Shown here piece by piece: positions 38,772-46,826 of a stretch of 55,879 nucleotides of DNA. The first letter of the stretch is position 1. Each line of letters opens with the position of its first letter. The notes beneath the pieces are model-generated. The model was not told where the DNA came from and did no database searches. It saw only the letters and a program-made list of their open reading frames with translations. Made by a program: the position numbers and the translations under genes. The stretch is from Alphaproteobacteria bacterium (GTDB lineage Bacteria > Pseudomonadota > Alphaproteobacteria > Rs-D84), in the NCBI GenBank assembly GCA_041673665.1, contig JBAYXF010000001.1, positions 1-55,879 on the forward strand, given 5' to 3'.

Positions 38772-40074
38772 CCAAATACTCGCGCAGTTTATCTCCGGAA
38801 AGTTCAGCGGCCGGTTCATCGTCCGCAGAGTCTACGATTGAAATAACACGTGGGCTCATGAATATCACCAATTCTGCAAATGGGTTTATTAATGTTTCAG
38901 ATGTTGTTACAAAGCTGTGTGTTGGGATGCCGATAATTACATAATTATCACCCAGTTTTGTTGGAACGTTAAAACTGGCCAGTTCCCCAGCGGTTGTACG
39001 CAGTGCAATTTTCGCATCTACTTTTTTCATATCGGCGTATTTTCCATATTTACCAGTTGCGCCAACGATTAAATCAGTTTCCAATCTGTCTTCGCGTGAG
39101 CATTGACCAATATCAAATCTGCTTTGCCAGCCGTTTGGTATTACAAATGTTCCCTGGGAAATTAAAACTACATTTGCTTGGTCGGATAAAAATGTTTGTA
39201 ATGTTTTTGTGTTTATTTCTGGGGATACAACCAGCAATCTGCCAACAACGCCAGGGATAGACATTTTGACATTCTTTTCCCCAAATGCGGGCAGCATATT
39301 CATCCAAACAATTGGATTGTCGGTACGTGGATATACACGGTATACATCCATATCCCATGCAACCAAGAATTTTTTATTTCCGATATCGGAAACGATATCA
39401 CGAACTTTCTTTTCGATTTGATAATTCCCTTCGAACGCCAAGGTTTTATCTTCCCAGTTAGTTATTAAATTACGCAAGTCAGCACCATGCATTGCATCAA
39501 TTAATGCCATGATTACGTATTGATCTTTAGGCATTTTCATCAGCCATTTTCCACGACTGGAAATACGAAGCTCTCTGGTGTCGTCGTCATAGGTATAGTA
39601 AGTTTTACCAAGTTTACAAATTAGTTCTACGGCGTCTTCTAGTGTTCCAGATGTAATCTCACCACTGATTAAGTCAGGTAATTTCTCACTGGCAACAATT
39701 TTAATTTTTGTTCCATCAAGTAATTTTTCCAAAACAGCTGGTACATTTTTTTTCTGGAAAGAAAAATTTTCTACAGCAAAATCTGGAAGATTATCGCCCT
39801 TGTTCAAACGAACAATTTCAACGGGCGTTGTTGGCAGAACAGATAATATACTTTGGTTGTCCCAATCAACTTTGCATCGTTTTGGCAAATCAATTGCAAA
39901 TTTTTGTGCGGTATCTGTTGTTAAAGCAGCCTTGCGTGGAAAGATCGGAACAGAATGTTCGTCCACTACAATGTTTTCAACCACTTGGACAGTGTCATAT
40001 TGTTGTTGATTTCGACTTTGAAATTGTTGGCATGCACCAACAAATAAAATCAAAAGCAAATATAATTTTCTCAT
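38764..40074 (-). CDS. Outer-membrane lipoprotein with a divergent secretin-like C-terminal domain
   Basis: Lipobox LFVGAC. The C-terminal half reads NVVLISQGTFVIPNGWQSRFDIG ... ASFNVPTKLGDNYVIIGIPT ... FAELVIFMSPRVISI. This parallels the secretin pattern (vLssP.i.t.nn..a.i.vG ... t.v.v.dG.tvviGGl ... eLlifitPrii). Confidence 0.4.
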   Translation of the reverse strand: MRKLYLLLILFVGACQQFQSRNQQQYDTVQVVENIVVDEHSVPIFPRKAALTTDTAQKFAIDLPKRCKVDWDNQSILSVLPTTPVEIVRLNKGDNLPDFAVENFSFQKKNVPAVLEKLLDGTKIKIVASEKLPDLISGEITSGTLEDAVELICKLGKTYYTYDDDTRELRISSRGKWLMKMPKDQYVIMALIDAMHGADLRNLITNWEDKTLAFEGNYQIEKKVRDIVSDIGNKKFLVAWDMDVYRVYPRTDNPIVWMNMLPAFGEKNVKMSIPGVVGRLLVVSPEINTKTLQTFLSDQANVVLISQGTFVIPNGWQSRFDIGQCSREDRLETDLIVGATGKYGKYADMKKVDAKIALRTTAGELASFNVPTKLGDNYVIIGIPTHSFVTTSETLINPFAELVIFMSPRVISIVDSADDEPAAELSGDKLREYLDE

Positions 40075-40083
40075 TTTGGTCCC

Positions 40084-40392
40084 TTATATATTCATAACAC
40101 GTTCAAATTCTTCGAGTGTCATTTCATAGATTGGTTTATTACTGGGGGTAATCAAATTTTTTGCACCCTGAAATTCGGTTTGATATTTTTTTATCAATGC
40201 TTTTAATTTGGCGTCGGTGGGATTTATTTTTTCGCCGTACGCATTCAGCATTTCCAGAACATCTGCCGCAAAAAAGCGCCCCGTATAATTTTCAGCTGCG
40301 ATACCACCTTTTTGGGTACGTATTGCGGCGGATAAAATTTTCAAAGCCTCATAAAATCCGGCTATACGGATATATCTTTCTTCCGCGGTCAT
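40084..40392 (-). CDS. Hypothetical cytoplasmic protein, 102 aa (first gene of the secretin-like/lol operon)
   Basis: ORF only, predicted helical. It lies 9 nt upstream of the lipoprotein gene on the same strand. Confidence 0.4.
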   Translation of the reverse strand: MTAEERYIRIAGFYEALKILSAAIRTQKGGIAAENYTGRFFAADVLEMLNAYGEKINPTDAKLKALIKKYQTEFQGAKNLITPSNKPIYEMTLEEFERVMNI

Positions 40393-40492
40393 TTATTGCT
40401 CCTTCCTGTGTTTGCATTATAGAATTAAAAAGCCAGCTTTCGCAAGCGTAAAAGGAGAAATTATAAGGAATAAGTTATAAGGGAAATTTATA

Positions 40493-40522
40493 TTGCTAAA
40501 AATTTAATTTTTCAGTTATAAT
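40493..40522 (+). promoter_or_regulatory. Candidate sigma70-type promoter directly abutting the lipoprotein ORF
   Basis: TTGCTA (40493-40498), 18-nt spacer, TATAAT (40517-40522). The ATG at 40530 is only 7 nt downstream and no SD is visible. Confidence 0.2.
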
Positions 40523-40529
40523 CTAAATT

Positions 40530-40919
40530 ATGAAAAGAACTTTTGTCCTTGTTGCTTTATCGTTTGCGCTTTTGGTGGGATGTTCATCTGCTAATCGTGG
40601 ATCCATTGACGATGCGACGGTTTTAAATTGGGAAAATGATATGGTTACGACCGAACAATTTGTTCGTGATCATAAAAATTGTTTGGGAATAACACGTTCC
40701 CCTTATGAACCCAGATCTAGATTAGCCAAGCTTATCAGCCCAAATCAATCCAGTTTGATGCCAGATTGGGATGGCTTATGGGTGACTTTTCAATCCAATG
40801 AAAATAAAGACATCGGGCAGCGTTCTTTGATGTCGGTTCCTCCTAATTCCAGCTCCAGATCAGTTGGGGCGTATCGTAAATGTATGATGCGTCGTGGTTA
40901 TTTGTTGCGCGCAAATTAA
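40530..40919 (+). CDS. Hypothetical lipoprotein, 129 aa
   Basis: Signal peptide with lipobox LLVGC. No recognised domain. Confidence 0.5.
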   Translation: MKRTFVLVALSFALLVGCSSANRGSIDDATVLNWENDMVTTEQFVRDHKNCLGITRSPYEPRSRLAKLISPNQSSLMPDWDGLWVTFQSNENKDIGQRSLMSVPPNSSSRSVGAYRKCMMRRGYLLRAN

Positions 40920-40958
40920 ACGATAAATTTTTTCTCTTTTATGATATAATTTAATTCA

Positions 40959-41642
40959 ATGAAAAACAGATTTGTATTTTGGTTGATATCCAGTCTTACC
41001 GTCATACTTGTAATTTATGTAGCGGTTCGCGTCAGTATAGTATTATTGGGGTTGGGCGGAACATTATCAGATATAAAAAAACTTACAGTTTATTCCAGTA
41101 ATGGTGAAACGGCCGATATAATTGAGCGTTTGGGCATCACCCCTGGAACCAAACATATTGATTTGGACGATATTCTGGCAAAGGTTTCTGAAGATCCCGA
41201 TCTTTCCGGGGTTGCAATTCGACGCTTGCCAAATGGCGAAATTAATGTTCGTGCCGATATGCGGGTTGTTGTCGCGGGTTGGACAGATGGGGAAAAATAT
41301 TATCCTTTGGACAATAATGGGGTCCCAATTAATAGAGCGTTACCAACAAGACCGGAAAATACTCTGATTTTTTCAGGTAAGGTTCCAAAAGATATATCAA
41401 AAATAATAAACATAGTAAAGCACACCCCTGGGCTTTTCAGTCGCATTGACAGAATGGAATTTATAGAAGATAGACGCTGGAACATTTTTTTATTAAACGG
41501 AATTAAAATTATGTTGCCCGAAGAAAATTTTGAAGAAGCTATAAAAAAAATTGATAAAACTAACAAACAAAATATGATTTTGGACAGACAGATAAAATTG
41601 CTGGATATGCGGGATTTATCAAGACCATTGGTGAAATTATAA
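40959..41642 (+). CDS. ftsQ: Cell division protein FtsQ
   Basis: N-terminal TM helix, POTRA-like region, and RWNIFLLNGIKIMLPEEN motif. It lies immediately upstream of ftsA. Confidence 0.8.
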   Translation: MKNRFVFWLISSLTVILVIYVAVRVSIVLLGLGGTLSDIKKLTVYSSNGETADIIERLGITPGTKHIDLDDILAKVSEDPDLSGVAIRRLPNGEINVRADMRVVVAGWTDGEKYYPLDNNGVPINRALPTRPENTLIFSGKVPKDISKIINIVKHTPGLFSRIDRMEFIEDRRWNIFLLNGIKIMLPEENFEEAIKKIDKTNKQNMILDRQIKLLDMRDLSRPLVKL

Positions 41643-41648
41643 ACAAAT

Positions 41649-43421
41649 ATGAATTTAACAGAAGGCTCTTTTTTGTGTTTAGATATAGGTTCGGGCGGGG
41701 TGCACGCGGTCGCTGCACGGGTTTGTTTTGGACGGCTTAAAGTTTCATCAAATATATATGTTGAATCCAGGGATATTGTGTATGCGGTCAAGACGGCGGT
41801 GGATAATTTAGAAGAACAAATAGGGGCCAGATTCGACAAGGCGTTTGTTACGGGAAATTTCGGAGAAATTAAATCAGAAATTTTTTCAAGAAAAAGCGTA
41901 TGGGAAACAGAACGAAAAATTACACCAAATGATATTCTAGAACAAATATCAGATGTTACCCAAGATGATATTTCTGTATTACATATAATGCCTTTACGTT
42001 ATGATTTAGGGGGTGCGCGAAATCTTTCTAACCCGCTGGGGCATATTGATCATGCATTGCATTCGGTGTTTAATGTAATTGCTTATTTGAACAAGGGTTT
42101 AATGCGCGCAAAATCTGCGTTGCATGCTGCACATCTAGAGTCCGAAGGTTTTTTCGATCCGATGTTTTTGCTGGGATTGTCTGCGCGCAAAGCATCAGAA
42201 AATTCTGTATTCATAGATTTTGGCGCAGAATTTACCAGCGTTTCTATGTGGACCGCGCGTGGGCCGATGTTGATTAAAAAAATACCAATGGGCGGGATTG
42301 ATATTACAAGGGCAATTGCTAATACTTTTAATTTACCAATTATAGAAGCAGAAAGATTAAAAATTTCCAGCATGAATCTGGAACAATCTGATATGGATAG
42401 ATTTACTCCGGCGGATTCTAAATATGATATAACCAGATTTGATGTGAACGAAATAGCAAGCAGTGTTTTTTCTGAAATTATATGTCAGGTTGGTGATGTT
42501 TTAAGCACAGGAATAGAAAAATATAATCCAGAACGACTGTATGTAAGTGGTGGTGGCTCTGGTACTAACGGATTAGAAAAGTTTTTAAAAAAAGAATTTG
42601 GTATGCCGGTTAAAAATATGGGCTCGTTCGGTATAGTTAATTCATTGGCAGAATTTGTATGGAATACTGAATCTGAAAGGGTCAAAGGATATTTAGAACG
42701 CAGAAAAAAATGGGAAAAATTTTTTAACTTTTTAGCAGCACCATTGAATTGGAGATTTTATCCACGTCGTAAAAAAATTATTCCGATTATGCCCAGTACT
42801 TTATGTTGGGACATGCGAAGTTCAGACACTTATGCCAGATTTGAATCTGCAGATATCAGTATGATTCATGTTGATATAATGGATGGATTTTATGTTGAAA
42901 GAATTGCCAGTGGAATTGATGAACTTCGATTCATACGTGCGCATACCGCGGCTCATTTACACGTTCATTTAATGACGGAAAACCAGGCGACTTGGACGAA
43001 AGAAGCGATTGAATGTGGTGCGGACACAATTATTGTTTCAACCGGAACAAATGGTGTAATTCGTGCGTTAAAAGAAATACAATCTGCGGGAAAACGTTCT
43101 GGAATTGCGTTACATCCAGAATCTTCGTTAGAAGTTATAGCCCCAGTTTTAAGGGGTGTTGATGAAGTAATGGTAATGTCAGTTATCCCAGGAGAATCAG
43201 GACAAGAGTTTATAGAAGAGTCAATATCAAGAATTGCTTCTCTTGCTAATACCAGACGCAAACATGGATTAAAATTTAAAATTTCTGTTGATGGCGGAAT
43301 AAATCCGGAAACGGCGAAAAAATGTTGGGCGGCTGGCGCGGATTTTCTAGTCTCTGGCAGTTTTTTAAGTGGTGCTCCAGATTTTGCCGTAGCGGTGCAA
43401 GAACTTTTGGAAAAAAAGTAG
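41649..43421 (+). CDS. ftsA: FtsA-like cell division protein fused in frame to a ribulose-phosphate 3-epimerase-like domain
   Basis: aa 1-350 are an actin-fold FtsA (LDIGSGGVHAV, 1C/SHS2 region ITPNDI..VLHIMPLRYDLGG, GGIDITRAIA, LYVSGGGSG). aa 351-370 (RRKKWEKFFNFLAAPLNWRF) look like the FtsA amphipathic membrane-targeting helix. aa 375-590 carry RPE motifs (IHVDIMDG, HVHLM, MSVIPGESGQEF, VDGGI, GADFLVSGS). No stop codon separates the parts. Confidence 0.7.
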   Translation: MNLTEGSFLCLDIGSGGVHAVAARVCFGRLKVSSNIYVESRDIVYAVKTAVDNLEEQIGARFDKAFVTGNFGEIKSEIFSRKSVWETERKITPNDILEQISDVTQDDISVLHIMPLRYDLGGARNLSNPLGHIDHALHSVFNVIAYLNKGLMRAKSALHAAHLESEGFFDPMFLLGLSARKASENSVFIDFGAEFTSVSMWTARGPMLIKKIPMGGIDITRAIANTFNLPIIEAERLKISSMNLEQSDMDRFTPADSKYDITRFDVNEIASSVFSEIICQVGDVLSTGIEKYNPERLYVSGGGSGTNGLEKFLKKEFGMPVKNMGSFGIVNSLAEFVWNTESERVKGYLERRKKWEKFFNFLAAPLNWRFYPRRKKIIPIMPSTLCWDMRSSDTYARFESADISMIHVDIMDGFYVERIASGIDELRFIRAHTAAHLHVHLMTENQATWTKEAIECGADTIIVSTGTNGVIRALKEIQSAGKRSGIALHPESSLEVIAPVLRGVDEVMVMSVIPGESGQEFIEESISRIASLANTRRKHGLKFKISVDGGINPETAKKCWAAGADFLVSGSFLSGAPDFAVAVQELLEKK

Positions 43422-43527
43422 AAAAAGAAACAAATAATTTTTTTTTATTTTAATATGTCCTTTTTTAACTTTTCTCTTTTTATTATTTTCTTTCTATGAT
43501 AAAATATGATAAAGAAATGGTGGGAAT

Positions 43528-46272
43528 ATGAGAATAAAAAAAGCAATTATTGTTGGTTTAGTGCTACCTTTGGTATCAGAAATCTGTTCAATGTCAGCTG
43601 GGGCTGTAACTTATATGACGACGGCTTCGTCGCGTCCAAGTACGACTGCACGCATGCCGACGTTGTCATACAGCGCGTCGTCCAGCACATCGTCCAGCAC
43701 GACATCAACAAATGCTGGCTTGCTTGCAACTTGTGCAAATCCATTGCCAGATCGTTTGACATCGGGACGTTGTATCGACAGATATGATTCTTGTTTGCGT
43801 CAGGATAACGTTTGTGGTGAACATTTTGAACTTTGCTATAATTTAAAACAATTTAATAAATCTCGTATTATGTGCCAAGAATATTTGGCGCAATGTCCAG
43901 CCGAAGCAGTTAAAGCAATATTTGGAAATTCTGTAACGACATCTAATGATTTGTTGTCGGCAAACCGCACCATGTGTGATGGGGAATCTCTTTTGACCAA
44001 AAGAACATTTTCACCAGCGTTGGGCGATATTGGGGTTGCCGCCGACAGTCGTATAGACTTGGCCATTAAAGAGGGTAAAAACTGGGCAGCCGCTAACAGT
44101 GTTAAAACATGTAATAAAATTGCGGACGCTTGTATACAAAATGCTTGTAAGAAATCCCCACAAAAATGTATTTCTTTGGATGGGTTTTCTGACATAGATG
44201 CATCTGAAATGGTTAATATCGCCACATCTGGCGAAACTACATTGCGTATAAATGCAGATATGCTGACAATGTGGCTTAATAATATGGCATGGGATGGTGA
44301 TAATGTTAAAAATTACATCAAAGAACAATGCCGTGATACTGTTGGTTCTAATGAGTGGTGCTTTATGGTCACAAATGGTACGCCGGCGAAAGAAGTTGAT
44401 TTAACCGACAGCTTTAATATTCAAGAAGTTTACCAAGATATTATGTATAATGGCGTTGGTGCTCGTTGGAAAATGGCACAGTCCAAGATAAAAGAATGGG
44501 CTGCATTAGCAACTAAGAAATCCGTAGAACAATGTAAAGATGCAATGACAGATTGTGCCGTGAATGCTTGTGGTGAAGGATCCAAGGCCCGTTGCTATGG
44601 TTTGGCTAAAGATGGCAATACTGTCAGTATAAAAAATAAAGCTGGTTCTGATATTACAGGCCAATGTGAAAATTTGATTGAAAATAATCAATATTGTAAA
44701 GATGTATTCCGTAATAAAGATACGGGCGAAGATGGTGACGTTTGGGCAGCGGTATGGACCGAGGACTTAATGGGCGCAATTGTCGGATTGGATTCAGATT
44801 TACAAAAAGCATTTAACGAAGCAGCAGTTGCTCAAATGCGTAGCAGTTGCCAGGCTCAGGCTGAAAAATGTGTAGAAAGTGAATGTGGAACAGATTTCTC
44901 GCGTTGCTTTATTACCAGTATAGAGGCAAAGAAAAATAGCAGTGTTTCTTTTTCTGAGGGTTCAGCAATAAGCAGCAATTTATATGCTGGTGGATTTGAT
45001 GAAGTTTTGGCACGTAACTTGTGTATGTTAAAGATTAAAAAATATACAGATTGTATAGATTACTTTGATGTTCAGTATGCCAAGGCAACAACCGGGACCA
45101 GTGCAGATTCTTGGGGAACGTCAAGCAATGTTCGTAATGCATGGCTAGATGCTGCAAATAGTGATTCTGCAGATAAGGTTTGCCGTGTATCGGAAACTTA
45201 TATAGATCAAGTTGATGAATCTGGAAATGCTGTTGATACTACTAAAAAATTAGCACCTAAGGTTAAAACTTGTGCTACACAAGAACGTAGTATATTTGAT
45301 GGTTTATTGTCAGATATCAGCAAACGTGCTAATTCTGTATTAGAACGCGAAGCAAATGATCTTAAGAATGCATGTGAAAATAGCAATGCCAAGGGTTCAA
45401 CCGGTAAAAATTATATTTGGGCGGCTTTGTCTGACTTGGATTCATCCGATGAATATGATGGGTTCAGCGATGTTACTGCAACCAGTAATCCGTTTGACGG
45501 GTTCTGTGCGGTCAAGGTAACGATCCGTTCCAACAATTCCAAGGTAAACGATGCGCTGGGTAGTGATAAATATATGTATTACCCAAAGGGTACATCTATG
45601 CAATGTTTGGGTTTGACAACAAGCGAGTTGGAAAAAGTTGAACGTGCAGTTGCATCAGATGTTAATTTCTGCGGCAAAGGCGAAACAGCATCAACAGGCG
45701 GATGTGTAGAAAAATTGTCCGGGTTGCAAAAAACCCTTCGGATTGGTGGCGCAACAATTGCTGGTGTGGCAGTCGGCGGTTTGGGTGGAACCTTGGCAGG
45801 GAATGCTTTGGGGAACGCTACTACAAAAAGTAGCAAGCTGTCCGCTGCAGATACTGCTTTATATGCAGACTGTCAAAGCTGTTTTAAAGCAGGGGGTAAA
45901 GGATATAGTGGATTACAAGCATGTGTAGCTGTTGATGATCCAGATAACCCAGATGCAACCGAAGCATTAGCAAAATGTAATAACAAAATAAGCGAACTAC
46001 AAGCAAAGAGAGGCACTGGTAAAAAATCTGGCAGTAGTGGTTTGTTAAATATGTCTAGTACTGGTGGTAAAATAGGCGCTATTGCTGGTGCAGGGCTTGG
46101 TGGTTTAGCCGGTGGACTTCTTGCTGGTAATGCTATCAAGGAAAATGCAGATACAAAGCTTGAAGATGCACGGCAACAAGCCATAGCAGACTTTAATGCT
46201 AACACAGATATAAATTGTTATATCAATGGCAAAAAAGTCGCATCGTATGGTCAGGATATGATTGTTAAATAA
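43528..46272 (+). CDS. Large secreted cysteine-rich protein with C-terminal glycine-zipper segments (914 aa)
   Basis: Signal peptide MRIKKAIIVGLVLPLVSEICSMSAGA, then a Ser/Thr-rich linker. There are 38 Cys in the mature part, including repeated C-x6-C-x4-C-x6/7-C modules. Two Gly-zipper hydrophobic stretches are present (IGGATIAGVAVGGLGGTLAGNALG and GGKIGAIAGAGLGGLAGGLLAGNAI). A strong terminator follows. Confidence 0.6.
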   Translation: MRIKKAIIVGLVLPLVSEICSMSAGAVTYMTTASSRPSTTARMPTLSYSASSSTSSSTTSTNAGLLATCANPLPDRLTSGRCIDRYDSCLRQDNVCGEHFELCYNLKQFNKSRIMCQEYLAQCPAEAVKAIFGNSVTTSNDLLSANRTMCDGESLLTKRTFSPALGDIGVAADSRIDLAIKEGKNWAAANSVKTCNKIADACIQNACKKSPQKCISLDGFSDIDASEMVNIATSGETTLRINADMLTMWLNNMAWDGDNVKNYIKEQCRDTVGSNEWCFMVTNGTPAKEVDLTDSFNIQEVYQDIMYNGVGARWKMAQSKIKEWAALATKKSVEQCKDAMTDCAVNACGEGSKARCYGLAKDGNTVSIKNKAGSDITGQCENLIENNQYCKDVFRNKDTGEDGDVWAAVWTEDLMGAIVGLDSDLQKAFNEAAVAQMRSSCQAQAEKCVESECGTDFSRCFITSIEAKKNSSVSFSEGSAISSNLYAGGFDEVLARNLCMLKIKKYTDCIDYFDVQYAKATTGTSADSWGTSSNVRNAWLDAANSDSADKVCRVSETYIDQVDESGNAVDTTKKLAPKVKTCATQERSIFDGLLSDISKRANSVLEREANDLKNACENSNAKGSTGKNYIWAALSDLDSSDEYDGFSDVTATSNPFDGFCAVKVTIRSNNSKVNDALGSDKYMYYPKGTSMQCLGLTTSELEKVERAVASDVNFCGKGETASTGGCVEKLSGLQKTLRIGGATIAGVAVGGLGGTLAGNALGNATTKSSKLSAADTALYADCQSCFKAGGKGYSGLQACVAVDDPDNPDATEALAKCNNKISELQAKRGTGKKSGSSGLLNMSSTGGKIGAIAGAGLGGLAGGLLAGNAIKENADTKLEDARQQAIADFNANTDINCYINGKKVASYGQDMIVK

Positions 46273-46276
46273 AAAA

Positions 46277-46298
46277 AGCCGGCGAAAGCCGGTTTTTT
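46277..46298. terminator. Bidirectional rho-independent terminator
   Basis: Stem gccggc/gccgg with GAAA tetraloop, an A7 run upstream and a T6 run downstream. It lies between convergent genes. Confidence 0.8.
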
Positions 46299-46316
46299 AA
46301 TAAATATTTATACAGA

Positions 46317-46826
46317 TTATTTTTTAAACCATTTTTTTAAATCATCATAAGCAGCAGAAATTTTTGTAAATTCTGATGCTGCAGCGCTTTTATTTTTTGC
46401 AGTATCTGGATGACATGTTTTTGCAAGTGTGCGATATTTTGCCGATATTTCACGCCAATTTGCGGTTGGGGGCAGGTCAAAGACTTTTAATGCGTTTGAC
46501 ACTGCAGCAGGCGCACGGACAGGGCGTTTACGTGCAGATGTTGTATCAAATGCGCTGCGGCCATTTAAAAAATTGCGCAGAAAATCTATATATTCTGCAT
46601 TTGCTGCTTCTGCGGCTGCACGATCTTTGTCGGAAATTCCAAATGTTTCGCGTTCCCAATCTTGTTCAATTTCATCATTGCTCATCCCAGCATAATAATT
46701 CCAATTTTTATTGTATTCTGCAGCATGCTCTTTGCAGAACCAGTAATATTCGTTCAGGTTGCGTGATTTAGGGGCGCGACATACGCCCGCCTTGGTACAA
46801 CCTTTAAAATCACATTTTTTAATCAT
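46317..46826 (-). CDS. J-domain protein with N-terminal Cys-rich zinc-finger-like region
   Basis: C-terminal J domain with an HPD tripeptide (YRTLAKTCHPDTAK). N-terminal region is CDFKGCTKAGVCRAP..YWFCKEHAAEYNKNWN, an architecture common in Alphaproteobacteria. Confidence 0.75.
   Translation of the reverse strand: MIKKCDFKGCTKAGVCRAPKSRNLNEYYWFCKEHAAEYNKNWNYYAGMSNDEIEQDWERETFGISDKDRAAAEAANAEYIDFLRNFLNGRSAFDTTSARKRPVRAPAAVSNALKVFDLPPTANWREISAKYRTLAKTCHPDTAKNKSAAASEFTKISAAYDDLKKWFKK

Noticed and set aside
41300-41839. 179-aa minus-strand ORF across the ftsQ/ftsA junction
   Set aside because: It is antisense to two syntenic cell-division genes.
43506-46205. Alternative-frame 93-aa ORF at 43506 and several antisense ORFs (43836-44225, 44011-44328, 45873-46205) within the Cys-rich gene
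   Set aside because: The 914-aa frame has a signal peptide, SD-like ggtggga and consistent Cys periodicity. The 45873-46205 ORF is merely the Ala/Pro-rich complement of the glycine-zipper codons.
46376-46771. 131-aa plus-strand ORF inside the J-domain gene
   Set aside because: It is antisense to an ORF carrying an HPD J-domain motif.
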